Source: Kiritimatiellia bacterium (GTDB lineage Bacteria; Verrucomicrobiota; Kiritimatiellia; RFP12; UBA1067). From it: 64,000 nucleotides of DNA. The translations under genes were made by a program, and so were the position numbers. The DNA lies in contig JBMNFY010000016.1 in assembly GCA_050949565.1 (NCBI GenBank), positions 1 through 64,000 of the forward strand, in the 5' to 3' direction. This document shows, piece by piece, positions 44,441-56,151 of the stretch (positions are counted from its first letter, which is position 1; each line of letters opens with the position of its first letter). The notes beneath the pieces were generated by a model. It saw only the letters and a list, made by a program, of their open reading frames with translations. It had not been told where the DNA came from and made no database searches.

Positions 44441-45148
44441 ATGACTAGACGAGTGATGATGACATGGATTGCGGGATGCATGCTCGCGGGAATGGCGGGG
44501 CTGTCGCATGCCGCCGAGGGAGCGCCGGTGTTGATGATCGGCGACTCCATGATGCGGCTTTTGGGGATCGCCATGGAGAAGGAATTGGCTGCGGCCGGCG
44601 TGACGCCCGCCACGTCCTTTTCCTCGCTGGGGTCGGGCTTGGCCCGTCTGGATGCGTTCGACTGGTTCGCGAAGGTTGACGAGCTGATGAAAGAGCACAA
44701 GCCGAAGACGGTGGTGGTGTCGCTCGGCGCGAACGACCGGCAGAAACTCAAGGACACGACCGGCCGCGTGGTGCCCTACGGCAAGCCGGAGTGGGAGCAT
44801 GAGTACGCCCTGCGCCTCGGGCGCATCATGGACGATCTGATCAAGGGCGGTGCCACGCGCGTGATCTGGCTGCTGCTACCGGACATGAAAGAGCCCGTGC
44901 ATCAGACGTATGCCCAGTCGCTTAACGATATCTTCAAGCGTTTGGCGCAGGAGGAGTCGCGCAAGGATAAGGTGGTGCTGTTTGACATGGCACCGTTGCT
45001 GACGCGCCGTCCCGGTACCTTCTCGCTCTATGTCATGGCGCCGAACGGTGCGCCGCTGACCGTCCGCGATGCCGACGGCGTCCATCTGACCAATGTCGGT
45101 GCTAAACGCGTCGCGCAGTCGCTCGTGCAGACCTATTGGAAGAAGTAG
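44441..45148 (+). CDS. SGNH/GDSL hydrolase-fold protein (DUF459-like), secreted
   Basis: IGDSM, SGLAR.D.FDW, LGAND, RDADGVHLT; RBS AAGGAG. Confidence 0.85.
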   Translation: MTRRVMMTWIAGCMLAGMAGLSHAAEGAPVLMIGDSMMRLLGIAMEKELAAAGVTPATSFSSLGSGLARLDAFDWFAKVDELMKEHKPKTVVVSLGANDRQKLKDTTGRVVPYGKPEWEHEYALRLGRIMDDLIKGGATRVIWLLLPDMKEPVHQTYAQSLNDIFKRLAQEESRKDKVVLFDMAPLLTRRPGTFSLYVMAPNGAPLTVRDADGVHLTNVGAKRVAQSLVQTYWKK

Positions 45149-45179
45149 AACGCTTTTACGGTGAGAGGATTGGGGATTT

Positions 45180-48100
45180 ATGAGACCGACATTTCGTTTT
45201 GGTGTGACGTTGTTGGGCACGGCGCTCACGGCGACCGTGCTGTTGGCGCAGCGCCCCCCTGCGAAGCCACCGGTCAAAAGCACGTTCCCGCTGGCCGAGA
45301 GCACGCTTGATCGTGAAGCCATGGAGCAGGCGATCGCCGAGGCGCGCGCGACGGACGTGTCGACGACAGTCCCCGCCGCCCTGCTGTACCGCGGCCTGAT
45401 GCTTTCGCAGGAGGAGAGGTACGCCGAAGCCGCCCCGTTCCTGGAAGAGGCGCTGCGGCAGGATCCTTCGCAGCAAGCCGGTTGGGAGGCACTGGGTTGG
45501 GCGTATATCCGCACCGATCGGAAAGAGCAGGCGTGGCAGTTGTGGGAGTATTTCCAGCAGCTCATGCCGAATGAGTGGATGCCCTACAACCTGCTGGCGC
45601 AGGGCGCGATCATGAAGCAGGACTGGCGTGCCGCCGATGTCCACTTCAAAAAAGCGCTTGAACTGAAGCCCGACCTCTTTGACCTGCGCTTCTGGTATGC
45701 GCGGAACCTGCTGCGCATCGGCGAGCCGGATGAAGCCGAGCAGGTTTTCCGGCAGTTGATCAAGGAGGAGCCGGATCGCCTGGACATCCAGATCGACCTC
45801 GCTAACCTGCTCACGCATAAACTCGAATATGACGAGGCCGTGGAGCTTTTCCGCCATATCAACGAGGAGTTGCCCGGCAACACCGGATTTATGATGGAGC
45901 AGGCGGTGCTGGAACTGCGGGTCGGCGAGTTGAAGCGCGCCGACCAACTGTGCCTGGATGTGCTGGAACTGGAGCCGGAAAACCCGCGCGCCATGGCGCT
46001 GCGCGCCGACATCGCCGAAATCGGGAACCTCGGCGACCGCAGTGTCGACCGCCTGAAGAAGGTCATCGACAACACGAAGGATCCCGTGCAGCGCGGCACA
46101 CTGCGTGTGCGCATGGCCAACCGCTGCCATATGCTTAACCAGCGTAGCCCCGGTTTGTTCTCGACACGCTTTATTCTGGATCAGATCCGGCAGGCGATCG
46201 ATGAAAACCCCGAGGATGTCGCCATCCGGACGCTGTACGCAGAGCGCCTTTTGCAGGCCCGCCGCTACGAGGAGTGCAAGGGCTGGGCCGTTGAGGTGCT
46301 TGAGAAATACAACCGGCACAATCTCCGCGCCAAGACACTGCTCTTTGAACTGGCCTTGGTCGAGCGGCGCTTCGAGGATGCCGAGCAGATCCTGCACGAC
46401 CGCTTTTCGAATTTCGACCCGACCGACCCGATGCGCTATTACTACGAGGCGCGCTTGCTCGTCGCGCAGGGCGCCTACCGCGAGGCACTCCAGCGGCTTG
46501 ATAAAATGGAGGCCGCGGCGGAGCAGGGCGCGGTCTTCACACTGCTCTACCATGACTTGACCGAAAGCGACTGGGTGCCGGCCACATCGGTGCGGCGGCT
46601 ACATGAGCACCTCTCCGCGTTGCAACGCGAGGGGTTCATCTTGATCTCCCCGACCGATATCCCCGCCGTCATCGGGCTACGACCGGGCGAGAGGCGTCAG
46701 GATCCGGAGTCTGAAGAGGAAGCGGTGCCTTGGACTGCGCGTTTGATCGATCATGTGCGCTACGGCGTCACGGGCGAAAAGAAATTCAAGTCAGGCAAAA
46801 AGATTCGCCCGCATAAGAGCCCGATGAAGGTCGTGGCGGTGACCTTTGACGATGCCTTGCGCTCCGCGTTCGCGCTCGGCTCGTCTGTCGCCGAGGATTT
46901 CGGCGTACCCTTTGGCATGTTTGCAATCACTCGGCCGCACAAGGAGTACGTGCCCTCCGTTGCCGGCTTGGAATGAGATGCGCGAATACGCCGCTTCCGG
47001 CAACTGGATCATCGGCAGCCATCTTTATGACGCACATTACAATCAGCCGATCGATAAAGAAGGCAAGTCCATGCGGGCAGTCCTGCCCAATCGGATCTGG
47101 GTGCCGGAAAAGAACCGCCTGGAGTCCATGAACGAGTGGGACCGGCGCATGCGCCGCGAGTTCCGGCTGAGTCATAAAGTCCTGCACGACGAGATGGGCG
47201 AGGAAGCACACCCGGTCGACATGGTGGCCTATCCGTTCGGCGATATCGGCCAAGAGAGCGCTTGTAATCTGGCTGTGCTCAAAAACCCGATGCAGAGTAT
47301 CATTTCCGAAGCGGCGCGCCACTATCAGGTCGGCTTTCTCCAGGGCATCAGCGGCTATACCGTGTCCGGCGACAATCTTATGCTGGTCCGCCGATACGAG
47401 CCGGACTGGGCTGACGAAGGGGCGGACGTTGTGCGCCATGCCTATGAGTACCATCCGGTCTTCATGGCGCGCCGCACGCGGGTCGAGATCGCCTTTCTTA
47501 TGAACAAGCCGCATCTGGCCGAGGAGATGCTGGATCTGCTCAAGCGCGACGGCTATCCCGAAGAGCTGTGCCGGAAGATTATCGTGGAAACCCGGGCGCA
47601 CTTCCGCAACCGCCCGCAGCGCGATGTCCGGCCACTCGTGTCAACTTCGATGGTGGCGGTCGAGAGCGCCGCTGGCGGCGGCCAGACCGCGCCGACCCAC
47701 AGTGCGCAAACGATGCAGGGTGCCCTTGAACGCGACCCGAACGCACCGATCGACCCCACTGCCCGCGAGGCAGTCGAAGGCCGTGAGTCGGAGTTCAAGG
47801 AACAAGAGGGCGTGGGTCATTATCAAGAGGGCAATCCCGATCCGTGGGTCTATCTCTCGCATCCGTTCATCGGCGGCGAAGTGTCGCACAGTAAGGCCAA
47901 CGACCAATTCGAGATCCTGCGCTACGGCGGGCGCGCCGGGCTTAATCTCAACCGCAACCTGCAACTCTCCGCAGAGTATTTCGAAAGCCGCATCGAGCAG
48001 CGCTTCCGTGCGCGTTGGAACGCCATCTCGTACGATCCCGACGACATGACCCGCTACCTCTTCAAGGCACTCAAGCGCGAGGCGCGCGCACGGCTCTCCT

Positions 48101-48855
48101 ACCGCACTGCCAGCGGCGCGACCCTTTCCGGGTCGCTCGGTGTCGCGAACCTTGATCCAGATTACGACGAAGACGATCTCTTCGACATCGATATGGAAGA
48201 CTACCCGGAAAGCGACGAATTCGATCCGGCCGATGATGATAACGAAATAATCGGCGATCTCTCCGCACACTGGGCTCCGCGCGACGACTTGACGCTGTTT
48301 GTCTACTATGCACGTGATCTGGTGACCTCGGCGGTGAAGTCGTTAACCTCGGATTCCGTTGGTGCTGTCGCACGCTGGAAGCCGAAGGACTCCTGGCATG
48401 TCAATCTGCGCAGCCAGTACTGGAGCTACGAGGACGACAACGCGCTCTTCTATATTCAGGGCGAGTCGTTCTGGGAGATCATGCCTGACGTCGGTGTCTG
48501 GGGTGGCCTCGACCTTTCGACCGTGACCTCCAGCAAAGCCAGCGACTATTACTGGACCCCGTATTGGGATCAGCGTCTGCTGGGCGTGTTGCGTTATCTG
48601 CAAGCGTGGCAGGGTTACACCTTCCGTCTTGACTTGCTCGGCGGCTTGCAACGTGAAGACGGACGTCCGCTACGACGTTCCGATGATGAGGACTTAGGTG
48701 GCGGCAAGAGCGATTGGGAACTGGTTTGGGGCACGTCAGCGACCTACAACAAGCGGTTGGGCAGCTATTTCGACCTGTTTGTCGACGGTAGCGTCATGGC
48801 CCTGCGCGATTACATCGACCACCGATTCCTCATCGGCTTCAACCTGGGGTTCTAG
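45180..48855 (+). CDS. TPR + polysaccharide deacetylase (PgaB/IcaB-like CE4) + C-terminal beta-barrel protein; one +1 frameshift near 46965
   Basis: Signal peptide; TPR array; LLYHDL, VTFDDA, WNEMRE..IIGSH..H, AYPFG; alternating beta-strands ending LIGFNLGF. Confidence 0.75.
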
Positions 48856-49610
48856 TTCTCCGCAAGCTCTTTGATCCGAACGTTGCGGAAATAGATCGCC
48901 GCGTTGCCGTGCTTCCCTTGCAGGCCGATGCGTCCCTTTGTGGGCAGCTCGGCCCACGGGCGGCTCAGCCACGGCGGGATGTCGCTGCCATCGGGATTCT
49001 TCTTGGCTGACGTCCAAGCCGACAGGTCGGTATCTACCGTAATCTCCTCATTGACGAGTACCTTGACGCGCTTGCCCTGCGCGGTGATCGTCATGCGGTT
49101 CCATTCGCCGGCCGGCTTCGCGTTGTTGACCTTGGGCGGCAGATGTCCGTAGAGGCCGCCGTTTCTGGCGAAAGGCTGTTCTTTGCTCCAGTGCGGGTGA
49201 TTGTCGTCGAGGATCTGAATCTCGACAGTGTTAGGAATCCAGTTCGCCATATCGCTGCAATAGATCAGCACGCCGCTATTGGCCGCAGGGTCGCAACGGT
49301 ATTCAACATCGAGCATGAAGTTTTCATAATCGCGGTCGGTCCAGATCGCTTCATCCTTGTTGGCGGTCAAATGGCCTTGTGCATCGTAGAACCAGACGCC
49401 CTTGGTGAATACCGCGTTGCTGAGGTTCAGGTCGAAGAGCGAACGCCAGTTCCGCGAATCCGGATGCGCGCTCGGCGCAATCTGGACCGTACCCGCCGTG
49501 CAGGCCGCAACATCCGCCGTGTCACACGTTGCCGATTTGTCCCGCGAAAACATTGAGCATCCCGCCGTTACCATCACGCTGCCCGCCATCATCCACACAA
49601 CCGCTCGCAT
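48852..49610 (-). CDS. DUF1080 (3-keto-disaccharide hydrolase family) lipoprotein
   Basis: Lipobox TAGC; ANSGV, EIQILD, GEWNRMTI, GRIGLQ.H..IYFRNVRIKEL. Confidence 0.9.
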   Translation of the reverse strand: MRAVVWMMAGSVMVTAGCSMFSRDKSATCDTADVAACTAGTVQIAPSAHPDSRNWRSLFDLNLSNAVFTKGVWFYDAQGHLTANKDEAIWTDRDYENFMLDVEYRCDPAANSGVLIYCSDMANWIPNTVEIQILDDNHPHWSKEQPFARNGGLYGHLPPKVNNAKPAGEWNRMTITAQGKRVKVLVNEEITVDTDLSAWTSAKKNPDGSDIPPWLSRPWAELPTKGRIGLQGKHGNAAIYFRNVRIKELAEN

Positions 49611-49659
49611 GCTTATCTCCTTCAAAAGTTTGTTAGCTGATACGGTTGAAAGCTTACGA

Positions 49660-50035
49660 AATTTGGAGTGCGGTGACAAGAGACCAAAAAACCTCTGCGT
49701 CTCTGCGTTAAACCTAATGGGAACCACGAATGGACACGAATAAACACGAATTGTGTACGACAAAGGGACAGGTATTTAGACGACCCGCAGTCGGGAGCGC
49801 GGGCGTCCTCGCCCGCTCTGTGAAAGGTCGGCCGAGATTCCGATGCGCGGTTTAGTTTTCAAAGGAGGTGAGCGCATCAATCTTTTGCAAGACACGTTGT
49901 TGCGGGCGAGGACGCCCGCGCTCCCGACTCTCTGCTCGACCTTTCACCAGAAAACGCATGACCTTCGCCCCCCCCGTCGCTAACCGATTACGTCGTGTAA
50001 CCGACGGGCGTTAAAAGTTGAACGTTGGGCGTTCA
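49660..50035. repeat. Composite intergenic repeat with an inverted REP pair (REPIN-like)
   Basis: tttggagtgcggtgacaag; ctctgcgtctctgcgttaaac; ccacgaatggacacgaataaacacgaat; aagggacaggtatttag; agtcgggagcgcgggcgtcctcgcccgc...gcgggcgaggacgcccgcgctcccgact. Confidence 0.85.
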
Positions 50036-51286
50036 AGTGCGCAAATGACCCAAGGATATGACATGGATGCCGTCTGGGCGGGTATAGCTCGTCTGTCCGC
50101 CCGTGACGACGCAAAACGCGGCAAGGTGCCCGAGTCTCCGATCCGTCAGGCGGGTGCGCAGCTTGCCGAAGTTCACAACGGCCTCCTCAATCGCCTTTTC
50201 TCCACCAAGTTTGACTTCAACGCCGATCCACGCGCCGTCGCGCCGCTCAACGATGGCATCAATCTCAAGCCCAGAGGAATCGCGATAGTGAAAGACTCTG
50301 GCGTCCACGATGTCGGCATATACCCGCAAATCCCTGACAACCATGGATTCGAACAACAAGCCCATCGCATTGAGATCTTCCAGCAAACGGTCGGCAGAAA
50401 TCCCGAGCGCGGCGGTGGCCAACGAGGGGTCGATGAAATGCCATTTGGGCTTAACCCGAGTCTGGATGCTTGACCGGATGTGCGGTTTCCATGCCGGCAG
50501 CTCTTCCAACACAAAAATCCGGGTCAGTTGATCCAGATATTTTCTGACCGTCGGCACAGAGAGGTTGCCCGAAGGGATTTCAGCCTCTGTAGCCAGCTTC
50601 TGGAGCGCGGCTTCCGTGGACGTGTTTCGTGCTAGAGCCCTCAATAAGGCGGTCATGCGAATGGGGTCGGGCCGGCCGTCCAGCGTTCGAAGGTCAACAT
50701 CCGCGAGGTTATCCACATAGTCTGTCAGTGCGTCCATCGCGGCGGTGGCGTTCAGCCTCTGCAACGCCGGCCAGCCGCCCTTAACGATGAGTTCGGCGTA
50801 TTCGGGCACCGTGGGGCCGCCCATGCCGCCAACGGAAATATCTTTTGAAAACAAATCGGTCAACCGGACCTGCCCGGTACTGACTGACTGTTCGAGCAGC
50901 GTCATCGGACGCAGCGTCAGACGCGCCATGCGTCCCGCTCCGGTATGCCGGGTCTGATCCTCAGTCGGCGCAGCAGAACCCGTGAGGATGAATTGGCCGG
51001 GCTGACCGCGTGCGTCGATCTCCGCCCGGATGGAATTCCAGATGGAGGGTGCCAGTTGCCACTCGTCAATCAATCGAGGCACCGGACCTGCCAAAAGCGT
51101 CTCGGGGGTCAGTTCAGCCGCGTGTATTAATTCTTGGCGCTGGTCCAGACGAACTGAACTCTTGGCGTGGTGCAATGCCGTGGTCGTCTTGCCAACAGCC
51201 CGCGGCCCCCGGAGCACAACGGCGCCGGTCGTCTGTAATTTCCTCGCGATTAAGGCGTCGAGCAACCTCGGTTTGTATGCGTTCAT
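50033..51286 (-). CDS. AAA_14 + DUF4143 ATPase
   Basis: GPRAVGKTTTA, LIDEWQ, FILTGSA, HTGAGR, KWHFIDPSLA, HYRDSSGLEIDAIVE..GVEVKLG. Confidence 0.92.
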   Translation of the reverse strand: MNAYKPRLLDALIARKLQTTGAVVLRGPRAVGKTTTALHHAKSSVRLDQRQELIHAAELTPETLLAGPVPRLIDEWQLAPSIWNSIRAEIDARGQPGQFILTGSAAPTEDQTRHTGAGRMARLTLRPMTLLEQSVSTGQVRLTDLFSKDISVGGMGGPTVPEYAELIVKGGWPALQRLNATAAMDALTDYVDNLADVDLRTLDGRPDPIRMTALLRALARNTSTEAALQKLATEAEIPSGNLSVPTVRKYLDQLTRIFVLEELPAWKPHIRSSIQTRVKPKWHFIDPSLATAALGISADRLLEDLNAMGLLFESMVVRDLRVYADIVDARVFHYRDSSGLEIDAIVERRDGAWIGVEVKLGGEKAIEEAVVNFGKLRTRLTDRRLGHLAAFCVVTGGQTSYTRPDGIHVISLGHLRT

Positions 51287-51292
51287 GTGCCC

Positions 51293-51368
51293 AAAGTATC
51301 ACACCGTTTTCGATTTTGCAACACTTCGTGTTTGCGTTTTGCAATGCTTCGCGTTTGCGTTTTGCAAC
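51293..51368 (-). promoter_or_regulatory. Probably leaderless promoter with three 23-bp direct repeats
   Basis: TTGCAA-N17-TACTTT ends 6 nt before the ATG; ttttgcaa units at 51314, 51337 and 51360. Confidence 0.55.
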
Positions 51369-51397
51369 GAATGTTGAGCGTTGGGCTACCGTCTAAT

Positions 51398-51760
51398 GCG
51401 GGCGGAGCCCGCAACCCAAGTTAATTAGTGCATTAGTTAATTAGTGCATTAGTTTGTCCGGGAGTGCGTTCCCCCCCAAAAACCTCTGTGTTCTCTGTGG
51501 TTCCCAAAAACCCGCTCCATGTCTTTCCGTGTGTTCAGTGTATTCCGTGGTTCCAAAACCCGAACCATGAAACACATGAAACTTCATGAAAAACCATGCT
51601 TCCTTTTTGTGTATTCCGTGTATTTCGTGGTTAAATAAACCCGAACCATGCCATGCCGCCCCAAAACCTCTGTGTCCTCTGTGTTCTCTGTGGTTCCAAA
51701 ACCCGAGCAATGCCCCTCAAAAAACCTCTGCGTCTCTGCGCCTCTGCGTTAAACAAACAA
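51398..51760. repeat. Array of ~6 co-oriented 9-nt-periodic modules
   Basis: Most units end GTGGTT or GCGTT followed by an aaaacccg linker; also aattagtgcattagtt x2. Confidence 0.85.
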
Positions 51761-51835
51761 CTTGTTTTTTATCGTGCTTGTTGAGCCGTAAGGCACTAAT
51801 GAACTTGAGCCGCGGGCTCCGCCCGCGTCGAGCGG

Positions 51836-54800
51836 TCAATGCAGGAGTATGAGAGTGCCGCTTGAAACGATCCGTACGCTCAGCGTGTCGGCGCTCTGCG
51901 TGAGTGTTAGGCTGCCGGCCGGCGCGTCACCGCTGACGGCGAGCGTCCACGCCGCGAAGCCCGCGTCCGCGAAACTGCCGCAGGTGATCAGCGGGTAGAG
52001 CCCCGCCGGTGGCCGCGATGCAAAGTGCAGGTTGATCGTGCCGCTGTCGGCGACCCCGAGCGTGCCGGGGATCGCGAGCGACGGCGTGACGGCCGCTTGT
52101 CCAAGCGCGTTGGTGCCGATCGTGAAATCAAAGGCATCCGTTGAGAGTGCGACCGTGCCGGAGAAGGTGTCGGCAAAAGTCGGCAGGCGGTCGGGCGTGG
52201 TGGCGGCGACCGTGCCGGTGCCATCCACGCGGGCGCCGGAGAAGTCCGCGTAGCCGTCGCGTGCCTTGCCCAACCACTTGCACATCAGGTAGGCCTCGAT
52301 GTCGATACGCGTGGCATCGTCCAACTCGCTCTCGAAGAGGATGATCTCGCCGAGGCGTTCGGGGTTCTGATCGGTCGGCGACTCGCCAAGCGCGTAAAAG
52401 CCGAAATAGCCGGCCTGGAAGACGTCCGTCGCCGCGAAGGAGAGCAGCTCTTCCTTGCCGGTGAAGCCGCTGGTCGCGCCGTTGACCGGCTGGCCGTCGA
52501 GCCAGGTGGGCGCGTCACGGACGATGTTGGTGGTGCCGCTGCTCCAAATCGGCGAGTTGATGGAGCGCGGGTTGTCGCGCCAGACCACTTGGTTGGCGCC
52601 TACATTGTAGGTGATCGGTACGCCGCCGCCGCGCGAGCTGTCCAGCACGATAAAGCCGGTACGCACGTTGGTGACGACGCTTGAGGTGTCTCCCGAGCCG
52701 ATCTGTTTGGGGTTGCGTGCCATGCGCAGGGTGTTGCCCTTGGTGTCGTTCGGATAGAAGTCCTGATAGTCCAGCCAGAAGAGAGGCGTGCCCAGCGGTC
52801 CCGCGCGTTCGTCGAGCCAAGGGCGGCGGTCGTAGTCATTAATGCCCACGCCGCCACAGGTGCCCAGCAGGTAGAGCCCGTCCCATTCGCGGTCAAGCAG
52901 GCCGGCCACGGCCAGCGGGCGGGTGGGGGTGTACTCGATGCCCAACACGACGCGGTTGGTCTGGCTGGGGTCGAACCAAGCGGAACGTCCGGCGGCGGGC
53001 ACCACTTCCGGGCCGGGCGGCGCGGGCAGGTCCACGACGCGCAGCTCGCCGCCGGCGAGCTGCAGGGTGCCGCGGAAGAGTCCGCCAGGCGTGCAAACCG
53101 AGCTGTCCGCCAGGCTCACGGTGCCTTCGCCGTAGAGCTGGCCGACGGTGAAGCCCCGGCCGATCTCCAGCTCGGCGCCGGTCGCGACCGTGGCGGACGG
53201 CACATGCGCGTTGGCGTAGACCAGTGCCCATTTTTCGGACAGATAGGCCTCGGCAGTCATGCGCTCGAGGTCGGAGAGGGCGTTGGTGTAGACCAGCACT
53301 TCGCCGTAGTTCTGTCCGCCGGCGGTCTGATAGTCGGAGCGCCAGCCGAGCGCGTTGACGGTCTTGCCCTGCGTGTTGAGGGATCAGGATCTGGTAGCCG
53401 CCGCTGAAGCCGGTGTTGGTGGCGGTCACCTCCACGCCGTTGGTCCAGACCGGATGGAGGGCGGCCAGCATGGGCGTGGCCGGGTTGCGGTAGTCGGCTG
53501 CGGTCGACGCCGCCGCGCCGCAGATTCCCAGTCGCCGCCGACGACCGCCGCGCCGCCGCCGTGCTGGCTGCCGAACATCATCACGATGTACTGCGGGTTG
53601 AGGTCGGCGGAGAGCGGCAGGCGCCGTGCCTCCGGCAAAGAGCTGTTCTCATAGCCGGGTGGAAGCGCCCCTTGGTATGAGCCCATTGAAACCACCGGCA
53701 GTCCGTTCTGATTGTTGGTCATGACGTAGGGGTAAACCTGATGATTGTTGTCGCCGCGCCCGTTATAGCCGTAGTAGGGTGCGCCGGGCCGGCAGTCGTT
53801 CCACCGTTCGATGACCGTGAAGTTGTTGGTGAAGGTGTAGCTTCTGGTACTGGGTGAAGACGATCCGGCGCCGCAGCATCAAGCCAGAGGGCTGGCAGGT
53901 CACCGAGCACGCTGGCGGGATCGGGGGCGGCGAGGATCAACTTGCCCGCCTCGACATGCATGTCGGTGATCGAGCTGAACAGCACGTTTAGCGTTTCGGT
54001 CCCCTGCTTGATCAATGTGCCGGGGCCGCTGATCTGTTTGATTGTGGCCGCGCCGGAGACCGTGAACGCTCCGGCGTCTAGGTAGAGAGAGTCGAGGACG
54101 ATGACGTTGCCCGCAAACACGAGGGAGGTCTTGTCGCTCAACCGGACGGCGGCGTCCGGCTCGGCGGCACCGATGATCACGGTTGTCGTCTGATGCGTGG
54201 TGGCACTCAGGACTGCACCCGCCGCCAGCGTGCCCACACGCAACGTGCCAGGGCCGCGGACTGTGATGGTGCCTTCGAGCCGTTCGACCTCTATTGTCTG
54301 GAGGAGCGGGATGTACAGCACACCGCCGGTGCCGTCACCCACCAGTGTTTTAATGAAAGCGGTCGTCGGATCGGTTTGGTAGCCCGGAGGGTAGAAGACG
54401 ATTCCCGTGCCGTTCTGCACGGTCACGGTGTTGTTGGAATCGCCAGCCGTGACATGGTGAAAGGCAACGGCACTACCACCGCCGCAGATAACGTCGCCCA
54501 CGAAATCGCAGGGCTCCAGGAACTCCAAGCGGTTGCTGCCGGTCTTGCTCACGGTGCCGGTGCCGGTGATCGTGCCCTGCAGATAACACATCTGGCGAAC
54601 CGGGAAGAGGGCTGTCGAGTTGACGCCCTCCAGTGAGATGTCGTTCGTGATGGTCGCCTCCGTGCCGTACCATCCACCAAGGGCGTCCAATTGGCACGGT
54701 TTGATCGCGGCCGTGAGGTTGGTGCCCTGCACGCGGATCACAGCATCCTGCGTGACCGCCTCAGGTACGAGGACGGTGATGCTGTGGTTCGTCAGCACGA

Positions 54801-55812
54801 TATCGCTCGTACCGAGCAGGTTGGTACCGGCCAGCGCGAGCATGGCGTTGTCGGCGACGCGCCAAGTGCAGGAGGTGGGCCAGGCGTACAGTGTGACCAG
54901 GTCGCGGAAGGTCAGGCACGCTTCCGGTGTGGCGTTGCTGAAAGCCACGTCCAGATTAAAGGGCGGGTAGTCGATCTCCAAGCCGGTGGCTCCGAAAACG
55001 AGTTCATCCGCGCCGTCCACCACAAGCTGTGCCGCACCGGTCGTGTTCGTGAGTTGCATGAGGCCACCGGGCAACCGGAACGGTTGCGCCATGTCGTGGT
55101 CGGCGAGCTTTAGGACGACTGTGCCCTCGACCAGAGTCTTGGGGCCGATGTGCCCGTTGTGGGCGGCGCGTAGCACGCTGCCGTCGCCGGGATCGCAGAA
55201 GGCAAAGGCGTTGGCCTGGTTTTCAGCGCTGATCAAGTCGTTGCTGGGACTGTAAAGGATGCCACTCAGAAATCCACCGAGCACGCCGCCGCCGAACGCG
55301 CTGTTGAACACACGGATTTCAATGCCGTGCCAACCGGCCGCCAGCGGGATATCCTGCACGCATGTCGGCCTGTCCCACCGCATGTCCCTGAAGATCATCC
55401 GACCGTCGATACCGAGAGACGCATGGTCATCGATGCTTTCGCAGAAACTATACAGTCCGGCTTCGGGAATATACCAGCGTCCGGTGTAGATATACTCCGT
55501 GTAGGTTTCGGTAAACCTGTTGGACGCCCAGTAGGCGGAGTCGATGATGCGCGTGAAGTCACCGTAGGGGGAGATATAGGAAATTCCGCCAGACGTGACG
55601 TTGGTGAGGGTATATTCGTTAAAGCCCGCGACACCGGCTTCCGCTCCGGGGAACACGAGGGTGGTGCCGTCCTTGAGCTGCAGCAAGGAGGATCCAAGCT
55701 CCTCGCTGTTGGTGACGACAAGGGTGACATCGGGGCCAATGATCGTATCGGCGAGCGCACCGACGAACGAGTACCCACACACGATTGCAAGGACAAGGCC
55801 AAACCGTTTCAT
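51836..55812 (-). CDS. Large secreted PA14-like + autotransporter-associated beta-strand repeat protein (frameshifts at 53.3-53.9 kb)
   Basis: Signal MKRFGLVLAIVCGYSFVGALA; YTGRWYIPEAGLYSF..IDD (PA14-like); ITGTGTVSKTG, GTLIKQG; LWLDAA/AWFDPS domains; C-terminal SGTLILLH. Confidence 0.75.
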
Positions 55813-55902
55813 AATCCAATCTCCTTTATATGGGGGCCAGCAGCAATATGGAAAGCATACCACATAGGAAGGGGGTTGTCCCGCTCGATTGCGCAAAAAA
55901 AG

Positions 55903-56120
55903 ATGCTCGGGGGTTTTTAACCACAGAGAACACAGAGGGCACAGAGTTTTTGGGGGGCAGTGCTCGGGTTTTCTAATCCACAGATTACGCAGATTTTTTT
56001 GGGGGCGCGGCTGCGCCGTGCAAAGTTTTAACCTCATCTTTGTAACCACTGGGTGGTCACAAAAAGTGGCTCGCGGGGGCGCTCAGCCCGTGAAACCCTG
56101 AAACCCTGAAACCCTGAAAC
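55903..56120. repeat. Composite repeat (inverted relative to the 51660-51710 module) plus TGAAACCC x4
   Basis: tttaaccacagagaacacagagggcacagag..gcagtgctcgggtttt; aatccacagattacgcagatt; octamer tandem at ~56091-56120. Confidence 0.8.
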
Positions 56121-56122
56121 CG

Positions 56123-56145
56123 CCCTCCGCGCAACGCGCGGAGGG
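56123..56145 (-). terminator. Hairpin directly after the permease stop
   Basis: ccctccgcgc-aac-gcgcggaggg perfect 10-bp stem; no clear U-tract. Confidence 0.5.
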
Positions 56146-56151
56146 TACTAT

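Noticed and set aside
42860-44800. Long alternative-frame ORFs (646 aa here; also 45156-46553, 37232-38308, 6938-7954 and similar)
   Set aside because: These are Arg/Pro-rich shadow frames of high-GC genes with no recognisable motifs.
51470-51760. CRISPR array or canonical integron attC array
   Set aside because: The linkers are degenerate, the 'spacers' are themselves repeats, the units lack attC-type internal inverted symmetry, and no intI or cas gene is in the window.
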